Positions 9,900 to 19,045 are shown, numbered from the stretch's first letter. The stretch is 64,000 nt of DNA from Candidatus Woesebacteria bacterium (GCA_013426185.1 CP058602.1:271123-335122), one strand, 5' to 3'. Program-made: numbers and translations. Notes: generated by a model not told the origin, from the sequence alone.

Positions 9900-10262
9900 A
9901 GAGAGTAGCAAGTAGGAAGTAGTAAGGAGACTCAATTTCTAAGCACTAATATCTAAATTCTAAACAAATTACAAGTTCCAAATTCCAATATACAAACAAA
10001 TTACAATAAAAAGAGCATAAATCCTAAATTCTAAATCCTAAATTCTAAATCCTAAATTCTAAATCCTAAACCCTGAACCAGAATAAATTCGATTCAGGGC
10101 AGGCAAATTACAAGAACCAAATCATAAATCATAAATCCTAAATCCATATTCAAGAGTCAAAAATTAGATTATTGATTATAGATTGTAGATTATAGAATTT
10201 GGCTTTCTACTTTCTACGTTCTACTTTCTACTTAAATTTCTTTTAACTTTGCACTTTGAAGT
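9900..10262. repeat. Intergenic heptamer mosaic R2
   Basis: Successive arrays aagtag-, caaatt(a/c), (aaatcct aaattct)n at 10019-10070, P1 hairpin 10071-10099, ataaatc, gattata, tttctac, aactttg. Confidence 0.92.
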
Positions 10263-10372
10263 TTTACGTTGTATCCGTATACTAGTACACAGACCAAACA
10301 AAGAAAGTCAATAAAAAAGGAAAACTAAAGCTATTTATCGATGTTAATACATCTACAACGATGATAAAGGTA

Positions 10373-10407
10373 AAAGGATACCCTTTAAAGGCCTGGCCTT
10401 TAAAAGG
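10373..10407. repeat. Tandem short palindromes aaagg-N-ccttt (REP-like)
   Basis: aaaggatacccttt and aaaggcctggccttt; similar 26-mer at 4579-4604. Confidence 0.55.
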
Positions 10408-10408
10408 T

Positions 10409-11419
10409 TCAAGAATCAACCTTAATTATCACCTCTTTAAAAGCTTCGACAAAAGGAACACAAGCCGTAAAAAATCTACCGTTCTCAATCAATAAAGAAG
10501 GAATCGTTAAATAATAATAATTTTCCCTCTGCACTCTTTTCCTGTAAAATCTATTGTGCAGTTCGGCGTATAACTTAGCGGGTTTGATATTATGTTTGGT
10601 ATAGACAAAATATTCAAATAAACCGTTAACCAGAATTTCCTTCGTCTTAAACCAGAGATATGCCCAAAATTCATCTTCTGGAGCAATCTTTTTCACCAAT
10701 CTCAAAGCAAATTCATAAGCATTCTTTTCTTTCAGATACCGCCCTGCTTGAGAACCACTTTCCAGCAAAATTTTTTCGTGTCTTGCGTGTCCTAATTCAT
10801 GAACAAAAGTAAATATCTCGGGAAGTGTTTTTGTCACCAAATCGCATCTTATTTCAAATACATCCTTTCCACTGTTATAAATACAGGAGGCCTCTTGGTT
10901 CTTTCTTTTTATTCTTATCTTATTAATTAATTCTTTTGCTTTAGGGTCTGTCTTTTTCCAAACTCTATAAATTTCGTCTATTTCGTATTTCTTTTGAGAC
11001 CTGTGAGCAGGAAAAGGGAGATAAAATTCTGACCAATATTCTCTTGGAGTACCTTTTTTAAATTTCACCTTTTCATTTATAAAAGAAATTATTACATCCG
11101 AATTCTCAACAAAATTCTTTAAATCATTCTCGGGAATTTCACTTTTTTCTGATATCTCCTCAATAAAGTTTTTATAACCTTTGTAAACAGAGGATTTATT
11201 TAGAAGCTTTACAAACCTGGCAAAACTCCTATCAGCTTCTTTTAGATCTTTCTCATACTTTTTAAACTTCCTCAACTTCTCAGCATAATCGACCCGCGCA
11301 AAAAAGATTCTTCTCAATCTTTTTGCTTTAACATCAGTTACAAGACTTCTTATTTTATGAAGTTCTAATCCTGCTTCAAACAAAGTAGCCTTATAAAGAA
11401 GATCTTTATTCTTCATCAC
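10409..11419 (-). CDS. HEXXH zinc-metallopeptidase-like protein
   Basis: FVHELGHARHE followed by E..A.EF as a possible third ligand; soluble and basic. Confidence 0.6.
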   Translation of the reverse strand: MMKNKDLLYKATLFEAGLELHKIRSLVTDVKAKRLRRIFFARVDYAEKLRKFKKYEKDLKEADRSFARFVKLLNKSSVYKGYKNFIEEISEKSEIPENDLKNFVENSDVIISFINEKVKFKKGTPREYWSEFYLPFPAHRSQKKYEIDEIYRVWKKTDPKAKELINKIRIKRKNQEASCIYNSGKDVFEIRCDLVTKTLPEIFTFVHELGHARHEKILLESGSQAGRYLKEKNAYEFALRLVKKIAPEDEFWAYLWFKTKEILVNGLFEYFVYTKHNIKPAKLYAELHNRFYRKRVQRENYYYLTIPSLLIENGRFFTACVPFVEAFKEVIIKVDS

Positions 11420-11428
11420 TAATCTTAT

Positions 11429-11483
11429 AAAAATGGGGTGGGTAGAAACATCGAGAAAGAAATACTTGGTTTCAACCCACCCC
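11429..11483 (-). terminator. Intrinsic terminator after small ORF 11512-11703
   Basis: Stem ggggtgggt/acccacccc plus gaaac/gtttc, followed on the minus strand by ATTTTT. Confidence 0.75.
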
Positions 11484-11511
11484 CAGGTTGGCTGGTTATT
11501 CTAAAAGGTCA

Positions 11512-11703
11512 TTAGTTTGAACCGTCCTGCCTAGCTTGATCCATGGCCTCTTTTGCCTCGGAGTCACTAACTCCCGTGTCTTTAGCTGCATCCTTGTAAG
11601 TATAACCATCTCTCGTTGCAAGCCACTCAGCTACTTCGTACGAAAGTTGGCTAACCTCCGGCTTGGTATCCTTATCGTCACTCTTCTTATCTCCAGGTCC
11701 CAT
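11512..11703 (-). CDS. 63-aa acidic small protein (MGPGDK start) with sigma70-region-4/HTH-like pattern
   Basis: AAGGAGG SD at 11710-11716, own promoter and terminator; DGYTYKDAAKDTGVSDSEAKEAMDQAR resembles an HTH. Confidence 0.75.
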   Translation of the reverse strand: MGPGDKKSDDKDTKPEVSQLSYEVAEWLATRDGYTYKDAAKDTGVSDSEAKEAMDQARQDGSN

Positions 11704-11752
11704 AGTTAACCTCCTTACAATGTAAAAGTGCCAGCCAACCTTTAATAATCAT

Positions 11753-11781
11753 ATTTTAAAATAAATAGGCTTAATTTTCAA
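11753..11781 (-). promoter_or_regulatory. Sigma70-type promoter TTGAAA-N17-TAAAAT
   Basis: Consensus-like hexamers with a 17-nt spacer upstream of the small ORF. Confidence 0.65.
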
Positions 11782-11787
11782 ATTCTT

Positions 11788-12256
11788 CTACAGGTCACAG
11801 ACTTTTTAGACATTCCTCATTTCTCAATAAGGTAGCCTAATGGTGGTTTAAAGCCAAAAGACTCATGGAGTCTTTTGCTATTATAGAATATCAGATATTC
11901 TGCTAGTTTTTCATAAAAGAGTTTGGGATGATAGATTAAATCTGAATTTGGTTCTAAGAATTCTTCCTTTAAAGTTCTTTGATATCTTTCAATTACTCCA
12001 TTAATTTTGGGACAAAGAGAGGATAAATAAAGTAATTGGTAATTTGTCTTTTTGAAAGATATTTTTCAAAGATTCCTTGGAATTCTAACCCATTATCAGT
12101 CTGGATGGATCTAATTTGTCCTGGGTAAACTAACTCCAAATTCTTGAAGAAGTCTAAGGTATTGAAACTATTAAGCTTAAAATAGGGTAAAGAAAAACCA
12201 AATTTGAGCTTGATATTACAAGCAGAGTAAAGATAAAGTTTTACTTCTTGGCCAAC
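11788..12256 (-). pseudogene. Truncated, frameshifted IS481-like (rve integrase core, DDE) transposase remnant
   Basis: Manual translation: IRSIQTDNGLEFQGIFEKYL..YFIYP / frameshift near 12015-12020 / CPKINGVIERYQRTLKEEF...FYNSKRLHESFGFKPP; in-frame TGA at 11818-11820; possible terminal IR near 11788-11812. Confidence 0.85.
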
Positions 12257-12264
12257 TTCAAGCT

Positions 12265-12294
12265 AAACAAAATTGACAAGGTCCGTCCTTGTCA
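12265..12294 (-). terminator. Hairpin terminator overlapping the stop of 12292-13617
   Basis: tgacaagg-tccgt-ccttgtca 8-bp stem, followed on the minus strand by ATTTTGTTT. Confidence 0.55.
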
Positions 12295-13617
12295 CTTAGC
12301 ATCTACAATCTTCAATTTTTCAAAACCATAATAAGCGGCGACACAGGATGAAACCCAGCCTTTATTATCGGTAAAACTATCAAGACCGCCCACCGGTTTA
12401 ATATTTTTAATTTCAGGAAGATTTTTAACTTCCCTATCCCAGCTAACAGCATAGTTTGCTATCTCGGATCTAACAGACAACCAGTGAGAAAAGACCGACC
12501 TGGTCAAAAAGAAAATAGCAAAAAAATTTAAAAACAAAATAAGCACAAACATCTTTTTCTTAATAAAATCCGAAGAAAAATAATAATTGAACAAGCCAAA
12601 AAGAGAAAGCGAAATAATATAAAAAGAAAATAAAACAAAATAAAAGACAATAAAAAGAGTCCTTTCAGGAGGAATTATAGACATTGAATAATATCCGGAG
12701 AAAATAACCGCCATTGTAGAAAAAACTATATTTGCCAAAGCAAAAACTAAAATCAAAACCGTCTTTTTAGGATCGATTTTTATCTTTTTAGCAAAAAATA
12801 GAGTTGACGCAAAAATAATCAAAAGAGAATACAAAAAAGGCTTAAGACTTGCCATTCTCAAAAGGTACCATTTTGTGGCAAGAACTGAGGACTTAATAAC
12901 AAAAACCAAACTCTCAGGCTTTGTGACAGTCAGACTTCTTGCATCATTGCCAGGTGAAAGAGACATCAAAAAGAGAGAGACCAAAACTCCCAAAAAACCT
13001 GAAATAACAAATTTTAATCTTGACTTTAAGCCATCAAGCTTAAGAATATATAAAGAAGAAATAACTAAAAATATAAAGACCAAAAGACTAAGCGCAAAAG
13101 CTTCAGAAAAACCGGAAGCAATAAAAAGCAAAATGAAGCCCAATAAAAACCTGCGCTTATTTTCCCGAAGAATAAGAAGCGATAAAAAGGCATTCAAAAA
13201 TACAAAAGGAATAGTGTAATTTAAAGAACCAGTCTGCCAATAAAAAGACTGAATTATATTCGGCGCATTGATTAAAACCAAAAGAATAAAAACCACGGAA
13301 AAGATAATACTCTTAAAGAAGATAACACGAGAGGTCAAAACCAAAAGGGAAAATAAAACTAAAGGCAATATCCGAACAATCCACGGACCCATTGATTCAA
13401 ACAAATCAGTAAAAAAGACAGCAGAATATCTCCCTGTCCAACTTTTCCACCAGCCAATCTGCGCCCCGATAAAGCCATTATTCCGAAGAAAAACTGCGGA
13501 ACAAAAATCATCAACCCAATAACGGACGTAAAAAGAAGTGGTAATTATAAAATAAAGGCAAATTGAAATAAAAACGAGGTAAGTAAAATAGATGAGAAAC
13601 CTTTTAAAAATAGGCAT
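12292..13617 (-). CDS. DUF6056-like polytopic membrane protein (GT-C-like)
   Basis: YWVDDFC, WTGRYS, FYWQTGSLNY, LSPGN.R motifs. Confidence 0.65.
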   Translation of the reverse strand: MPIFKRFLIYFTYLVFISICLYFIITTSFYVRYWVDDFCSAVFLRNNGFIGAQIGWWKSWTGRYSAVFFTDLFESMGPWIVRILPLVLFSLLVLTSRVIFFKSIIFSVVFILLVLINAPNIIQSFYWQTGSLNYTIPFVFLNAFLSLLILRENKRRFLLGFILLFIASGFSEAFALSLLVFIFLVISSLYILKLDGLKSRLKFVISGFLGVLVSLFLMSLSPGNDARSLTVTKPESLVFVIKSSVLATKWYLLRMASLKPFLYSLLIIFASTLFFAKKIKIDPKKTVLILVFALANIVFSTMAVIFSGYYSMSIIPPERTLFIVFYFVLFSFYIISLSLFGLFNYYFSSDFIKKKMFVLILFLNFFAIFFLTRSVFSHWLSVRSEIANYAVSWDREVKNLPEIKNIKPVGGLDSFTDNKGWVSSCVAAYYGFEKLKIVDAK

Positions 13618-13619
13618 CA

Positions 13620-13806
13620 GATTACAAGCTCCAAATTACAAATCACAAATTACAATTTACAAACAACTAACAAATTACAATATACAAATTACAAATCACA
13701 ATATACAAGCACCAATAAACAAATTACAAGCTACAAATCACAAATCACAATATACAAATTCCAAATCACAAATTAACTCAAAACTTAAAAATCAAAGTCA
13801 AAATTA
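13620..13806. repeat. CAAATTA/CAAATCA heptamer array plus AAAAGTC array (3' flank of four-helix-bundle gene 2), R3
   Basis: About 20 degenerate caaat-type 7-mers, then actcaaaacttaaaaatcaaagtcaaaa. Confidence 0.95.
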
Positions 13807-14148
13807 CTTAAATTTATTTATTATTGACGAAAGAATATTTCTGATTTCGATGCACTCTTTAATCAAATTTTCAAGTTCGAGCTTAAACTTTGGTTCGGCC
13901 TCGAGTAAAATATCCAACCAATAAGAAGTCTCTTTGGCTTCTTTTCTAGCAATTTTCAGCCTAAGGACAGAATCTTTTTTACTCAAGCTATCATTTGCTT
14001 CTCGATAATTGGCACCAACACTTGTGGCAGACCTTACAATTTGACTAATCAAAGGTATATTAATACTGTTTTTAGGAAGTTTCCTGCAAAGAGAAATCAC
14101 ATCTTTTGAGAAGGCTAAAGTTCTTTCCTCTAAGTCGTAAACCTTCAT
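13804..14148 (-). CDS. Four helix bundle protein (23S rRNA IVP / TIGR02436 family)
   Basis: YDLEERTLAFS, QIVRSATSVGANYREA, IARKEAKETSYWL signature. Confidence 0.92.
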   Translation of the reverse strand: MKVYDLEERTLAFSKDVISLCRKLPKNSINIPLISQIVRSATSVGANYREANDSLSKKDSVLRLKIARKEAKETSYWLDILLEAEPKFKLELENLIKECIEIRNILSSIINKFK

Positions 14149-14151
14149 ATT

Positions 14152-14277
14152 ATTTTGTTATCAATTGTAATTTACTTCTTGGAATTTGTGATTTGTTTAT
14201 TGAGATTTGTTATTGTTTGTAATTTAGAATTTGGAGCTTGGGATTTGTTTGTAATTTGTGATTTGTAATTTGGAATT
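14152..14277. repeat. ATTTG-type heptamer array (inverse of R3), forming the C-terminus of 14172-15911
   Basis: ggaattt gtgattt gtaattt units encoding KIPNYKSQITNKSQAPNSKLQ. Confidence 0.9.
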
Positions 14278-15911
14278 TTAACCAGAAGTATTGCTTTTGC
14301 ATCCATTCTTTCATAATTCTTGGAGGGCTCAATCTGATACACACCCTTTAATTCATATTCTTCTGCAATTTTGTCGCATCCATCGCATTTCCATTTAGTC
14401 TTATCTTGCGGGTTTTCAAAAATCATTCTCCAATCCTCACCCATATAATAATTCGGGTCGTCAATTTTATAGCTTGTCAGATAAATCGCGTCAAAAGGTA
14501 TTGTTTGAGTTTTTTCGTCAATAAGTTGTTTTGGCTCAAGAGGAAACCAAACGGTTTTGCGTTCTCCATACCAAGTGCCCCAAGTATCAAGATTTGTAAC
14601 AATCACCTGGTTTGGCTCTGTATTCTCCTTTAAAATTTTTGAGAGTTCTACATAAACAGGTGGCTTGCCAACATTATGTGTCCTTGCCTCAAAGCGTGAG
14701 TCAAGAAGTAAAATTCCAAGAGTTTGACCAACAGCTAAGAAAAGCACCAATATACAAGATCCAATAAACAAAAAGCTTCGCTTTGTAACTTGCTTGGAAT
14801 TTGTTTGTGATTTGGAATTTGGAATTTGTAATTTGGAGCTTGGAATTTGTTTGTAATTTGTAATTTGGAATTTGTTAATTATTCCAACCAGTGTTCCTAC
14901 TCCAACTATATAAACCAAAGGCACAACGGGATGTATGTATCTAAAAAAAGGAATTCCAGCTGCTGTTACCAAAAGAGTTAAAACTACCATAAAAAAAGAC
15001 GCTACTTTAAAGCCAGTCTGAAGAGTAGTTTGCCCTTCTTTTGTCCTATCAAAAAGAGAAAATAATCCGATTACAAAAAGAGTAAAAAGATAAGGATTCA
15101 AAATTTGTGGCATCAACTTGTAAAAGTTGTAAAGGTTGTAGAAAACTTTCTTGAAAAGAGAAAGAAAATTAAAAGATTGTCGCGGCAAACCGCGCAAAGC
15201 GTCAGAAACTGCCATATTAGGGCTGTGCTGAAGAGAAACAAAATTGCCGATTGAAGTTACAGAATAAAGGAAGAACCTTCCTTGAAACTTTGGAATTAGA
15301 AAATAATCAACCAAAAGGCCAAATAAAACTAGACTTAAGAACCAAGACAAAGCCTTTTTTGGTTTAAAATTAATAAGTAACCAATAAAGAATAATTCCTG
15401 CGATATAAATAAAGGCTTGAGTGCGGGTAAAATACATTAAAATCAAAAAGAAAAACATCAAGAAATTAGCCCATTTTTTCTTCAAAGAAACAAAATATAA
15501 TGAGGCAACTATCTGAAAAATAAAAGTAGATTCTGAAGCCCCACTTGTTGCATAGTCAATTAGATTATAATTTGCGCCAACTGCCAAAGTAGAAAGGAAG
15601 CCTATTAGTTTTGAATTGAAGATCTTTTTTGCAAGAAGATAAACAAAGACTAAAGTTAAAAGAAAATAAAAAAAGGAATTGGCGATAACTGCAAAATCAG
15701 AAATTCCAAGGATTTTGAAAAAGAAAGCAATTGATAAAGAATGAAAAGGCAAAATGCCAGTGTTTTGGAAAAGAGGTTTTTCCAAAACTTCAAAAATCCT
15801 TTCTCCCCAAAAAGAAAAACTTGTCCCCCACCCCCTACCCAAAACAAAATTCCTAGCAACATCAGCATATTTTGCAGAATCAGAAAAAGTGAGATAAAAG
15901 TCCATATTCAT
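14172..15911 (-). CDS. GT-C (ArnT/PMT, GT39/83-like) membrane glycosyltransferase with in-frame heptamer-derived inserts
   Basis: SDSAKYADVARN loop, many TM segments, low-complexity Q/I/T/N/S/K tracts at 14782-14876 and the C-terminus. Confidence 0.75.
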   Translation of the reverse strand: MNMDFYLTFSDSAKYADVARNFVLGRGWGTSFSFWGERIFEVLEKPLFQNTGILPFHSLSIAFFFKILGISDFAVIANSFFYFLLTLVFVYLLAKKIFNSKLIGFLSTLAVGANYNLIDYATSGASESTFIFQIVASLYFVSLKKKWANFLMFFFLILMYFTRTQAFIYIAGIILYWLLINFKPKKALSWFLSLVLFGLLVDYFLIPKFQGRFFLYSVTSIGNFVSLQHSPNMAVSDALRGLPRQSFNFLSLFKKVFYNLYNFYKLMPQILNPYLFTLFVIGLFSLFDRTKEGQTTLQTGFKVASFFMVVLTLLVTAAGIPFFRYIHPVVPLVYIVGVGTLVGIINKFQITNYKQIPSSKLQIPNSKSQTNSKQVTKRSFLFIGSCILVLFLAVGQTLGILLLDSRFEARTHNVGKPPVYVELSKILKENTEPNQVIVTNLDTWGTWYGERKTVWFPLEPKQLIDEKTQTIPFDAIYLTSYKIDDPNYYMGEDWRMIFENPQDKTKWKCDGCDKIAEEYELKGVYQIEPSKNYERMDAKAILLVKIPNYKSQITNKSQAPNSKLQTITNLNKQITNSKK

Positions 15912-16034
15912 TCAGACTTAGTATACCTCCCCAAAATCTCGCTGACAAATTTAATAATCATTAAAAAGAATAATATATATACAATTACAAGGTAAACCAT
16001 TATAATAAGGAAAATTAGTAAAATAAAAAGGAGA

Positions 16035-16883
16035 ATGAAAAATCTCATAAGAAAATTAATTAATAAAGCCGAAAGAAATAGTTATTTTTCTGTGTTAAAG
16101 ACTATTTACCACAAGACTCCTGCCTATAATAGGCTGTTAAAAAAACAAAAAGAATTAAAATCAAAAGAAAAATCTATCATTAAAAAATATCTCAAGAATA
16201 ATTTCAAGATAAGGTACGATCCATTTTCAGGAATAAAGTACATCAAAAATTCATTTGGTAGTGTCCTGTTACCCAAAATAATTGGGTCTTATGAAGAACC
16301 TATACAGGAATGGATTAATCAGGCTATTAAAAGAAAATATTATAAGGTAATCGATTTGGGTTCTGCAGAGGGATATTACGCTATAGGCATGGCAAAAAAT
16401 TTACCACAATCAACTGTCTTAGCAAGTGACATAGATCCAAAAGCAAGGCACCTTTGCCGAATTTTAGCAAGAAAAAATAACTGTAATAATATAAAAATCG
16501 TAGGGAAGCTAGATCACCAAAGATTAAACAAGGAAATTATTAGAAATAAGACAATAATAATATGCGACATTGAAGGGAATGAGTTAGAACTGTTAGAACC
16601 AAACAAGGTTAAAAAATTAAATTTTTGTGATATTATTTGCGAACTACATGACGATCTAGTATCAAATAACATAACAGAAGAAATGATAAAAAGATTTCAT
16701 AAAACACACTCTATAGAAATAGTTGTAGATAGACCAAGAGAAAAAAATAGATATAAAATACTAAACTCACTACAAACAGATATTGTATCTTTCATACTAG
16801 ACGAAAGAAGATATGGTATATCAAGATGGGCAAGATTAATAAAAAACAATAATAAAAAGACAAGCAAGACTTCTCATATATGA
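16035..16883 (+). CDS. Class I SAM-dependent methyltransferase (FkbM-like)
   Basis: VIDLGSAEGYYAIG, IICDIEGNE, ICELHD; AAGGAG SD. Confidence 0.75.
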   Translation: MKNLIRKLINKAERNSYFSVLKTIYHKTPAYNRLLKKQKELKSKEKSIIKKYLKNNFKIRYDPFSGIKYIKNSFGSVLLPKIIGSYEEPIQEWINQAIKRKYYKVIDLGSAEGYYAIGMAKNLPQSTVLASDIDPKARHLCRILARKNNCNNIKIVGKLDHQRLNKEIIRNKTIIICDIEGNELELLEPNKVKKLNFCDIICELHDDLVSNNITEEMIKRFHKTHSIEIVVDRPREKNRYKILNSLQTDIVSFILDERRYGISRWARLIKNNNKKTSKTSHI

Positions 16884-17803
16884 AGATAAACATAGGTTGC
16901 ACCTCAGATAACAACTACTCACAACACCTTGCGGTTATGCTAGAGTCCCTTTTTTACAATAACAAAAAACACAAAATCAAAGTCTACATATTCACAAACG
17001 ATATAGATAAAACAAATCAAGAAAAGATACTAAAGGTATCAGAAAAACACAATCAAAAGATAGTATTTCTTGGAGTTAAAATACCAAAAGAAATAAATAA
17101 AATTAGAATACCTGAAAAACATATCAGTATTAACGCTTACTACAAAGTATTGATACCAGAAAGCCTGCCTGAAAAAATAAGTAAAATTCTAATATTAGAT
17201 TGTGACTTAATCGTACTAAAAGACATTTCCAAATTGTATAACACTAAACTTGAGGAAAAAATAATCGGTGCAGTTCCAAATCCTCTCTCAGAAGATAGAT
17301 GTAAGATCTTGGGCATTTCCCCTAAGGATGGTTACTTCAATTCTGGTGTCATGATTGTAAATACAAAAAAGTGGAAAAGTCAAAAAATAGCAAAGAAAGT
17401 CATAGAGTATGCTATCTCTCATAATGATATTATAGCCAATGCCGAACAGGATCCTCTCAACTTTATATTAAAAAACAAGTGGAAAAAAATAGAATATGTA
17501 TATAATCAACAAACCATAATGTATGCTTATAATTACCGGCGCCTCAAGATCAAAAAAAAGGAATACTTAGAAGCTATAAAAAAACCCGTAATTATTCACT
17601 ACACATCCTCCAATAAACCATGGCTACTATCAGGCAACCACCCACAAAGAAGATTGTACTTTCAATATCTTAGAATGACACCTTACAAAAACTACAAATA
17701 CAAAGACTTTACCTTGAAATCTATAGTCCAACACTACTTAAATCCAAAAATCGAATACTGTATAGTTGACACATTAAAGGCCATAAGGTCTTTAAGATTT
17801 TAA
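16880..17803 (+). CDS. GT8 family glycosyltransferase
   Basis: ILILDCDLIV, YFNSGVMIVN, EQDPLN, IIHYTSSNKPW motifs. Confidence 0.92.
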   Translation: MKINIGCTSDNNYSQHLAVMLESLFYNNKKHKIKVYIFTNDIDKTNQEKILKVSEKHNQKIVFLGVKIPKEINKIRIPEKHISINAYYKVLIPESLPEKISKILILDCDLIVLKDISKLYNTKLEEKIIGAVPNPLSEDRCKILGISPKDGYFNSGVMIVNTKKWKSQKIAKKVIEYAISHNDIIANAEQDPLNFILKNKWKKIEYVYNQQTIMYAYNYRRLKIKKKEYLEAIKKPVIIHYTSSNKPWLLSGNHPQRRLYFQYLRMTPYKNYKYKDFTLKSIVQHYLNPKIEYCIVDTLKAIRSLRF

Positions 17804-17944
17804 CAGCCCTATAATATAAAGGCCCTATAAATCCTTATGTTTGGTCCACTTCTATCTTTCTAGTAAACAAAACTAGCAATCTTGGCCGAATATGGTTGGT
17901 GTCGTTAAAATCCGTAGACGGTAATAACATATACCTAAATCACA

Positions 17945-19045
17945 TTATAACTTTAATACATTTTTATAGACATTTAATGTTTCTTTTACTGTTTTGTTCC
18001 AAGAAAACTTCTCTACTTGTTCTAACCCCAATTTGCTTAAATCGTTTCTTAATTTGTCATCCTCTATTACTTTTTCAACCATATTTTTAATAGATTTATT
18101 GTCTTTAGGATTTATATACATCGCAGCTTTTCCACAAACTTCTGGAATTGAACTAGTATCACTTGCAACAACCGGACAACCCATTGAGAAAGCTTCTAAA
18201 GCTGTTAGACCAAAACCTTCGTAAAGAGAAGGTAATACATAAACCAGAGCATTTCTGTAAATATATGCCAGCTCAGAATCGTCTTTGAAACCAATTTGAA
18301 CGACTTGTCTTTCAATCCCAAGTCTTGAAATAAAAATCTTCTCACTCGATGAAAAAGGACCCCCGCCGGCACAAACAAGAAAAAGAGATTTGTCTCTTCT
18401 AAGAATAGGACTAATTGATTCCAGGAAAAAAGTAAAATTTTTATATCCTCGCCTACTGCCAACAAAAAGTAAATACTTACCTGGTAAGTCATCAACTTTA
18501 CTAGGATTTACATTCTCAAGAGGATTACCATGATAAATAACCTTTACCTTTTTACCATCAATACCATACAAATCAATAAGATCTCTCTTAGTATTCTCAG
18601 ATACAGAAATTACATAATCAGCCCTTAAAATGACTTCATTTTTGTAAGCTAAAGTTTTTTTTACACCTTTAAATTCGGCGGGAAAAAGTTCAGGAATCAT
18701 ATCGTGAACTGTAACTACAAAAGGCTTTCTGTTCAGCATACTTAAAAAATATGGATGGAAGTAAGTAGCATGTAAGAGATCAAAATCTCCACTTTTCAGA
18801 TAAGAACTATCAAGAAAAACATTCGCATAAAAACTCAAGACATTTTTGTAAGGCAAATTAATTTTCGGAAAGAAACCATCAACACCTCCTTTAAGTTTGG
18901 ATAAATAAATATTATTGGAAAATTTACCATCTACCAAAACTTCATTTTCCGTTCTTCCAACTCTGCTAATCAGCTCATAAAAATACCTAGAAATACCTCC
19001 ATAATTCTGAAAACTAAATATTTGTTGATCGTAAAGAATTTTCAT
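17945..19045 (-). CDS. GT4 glycosyltransferase (MtfB/WbdB-like, possible mannosyltransferase)
   Basis: GGISRYF, VTVHDMIPE, PSLYEGFGLTALEAFSMGCPV. Confidence 0.9.
   Translation of the reverse strand: MKILYDQQIFSFQNYGGISRYFYELISRVGRTENEVLVDGKFSNNIYLSKLKGGVDGFFPKINLPYKNVLSFYANVFLDSSYLKSGDFDLLHATYFHPYFLSMLNRKPFVVTVHDMIPELFPAEFKGVKKTLAYKNEVILRADYVISVSENTKRDLIDLYGIDGKKVKVIYHGNPLENVNPSKVDDLPGKYLLFVGSRRGYKNFTFFLESISPILRRDKSLFLVCAGGGPFSSSEKIFISRLGIERQVVQIGFKDDSELAYIYRNALVYVLPSLYEGFGLTALEAFSMGCPVVASDTSSIPEVCGKAAMYINPKDNKSIKNMVEKVIEDDKLRNDLSKLGLEQVEKFSWNKTVKETLNVYKNVLKL

Noticed and set aside
10275-10311. Possible minus-strand promoter with TTGACT
   Set aside because: No TANNNT hexamer at 16-18 nt spacing
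13592-13924. 110-aa + strand ORF
   Set aside because: It reads through the stop-poor strand of the caaat array and is antisense to two real genes; likely a repeat artefact
8049-14148. Diversity-generating retroelement suggested by the Avd-like fold
   Set aside because: No reverse transcriptase in the window, and mismatches between repeat copies are not consistently at adenines of one template copy
17804-17944. Possible 31-codon minus-strand ORF or gene fragment after the GT4 stop
   Set aside because: Too short, no recognisable motif or SD
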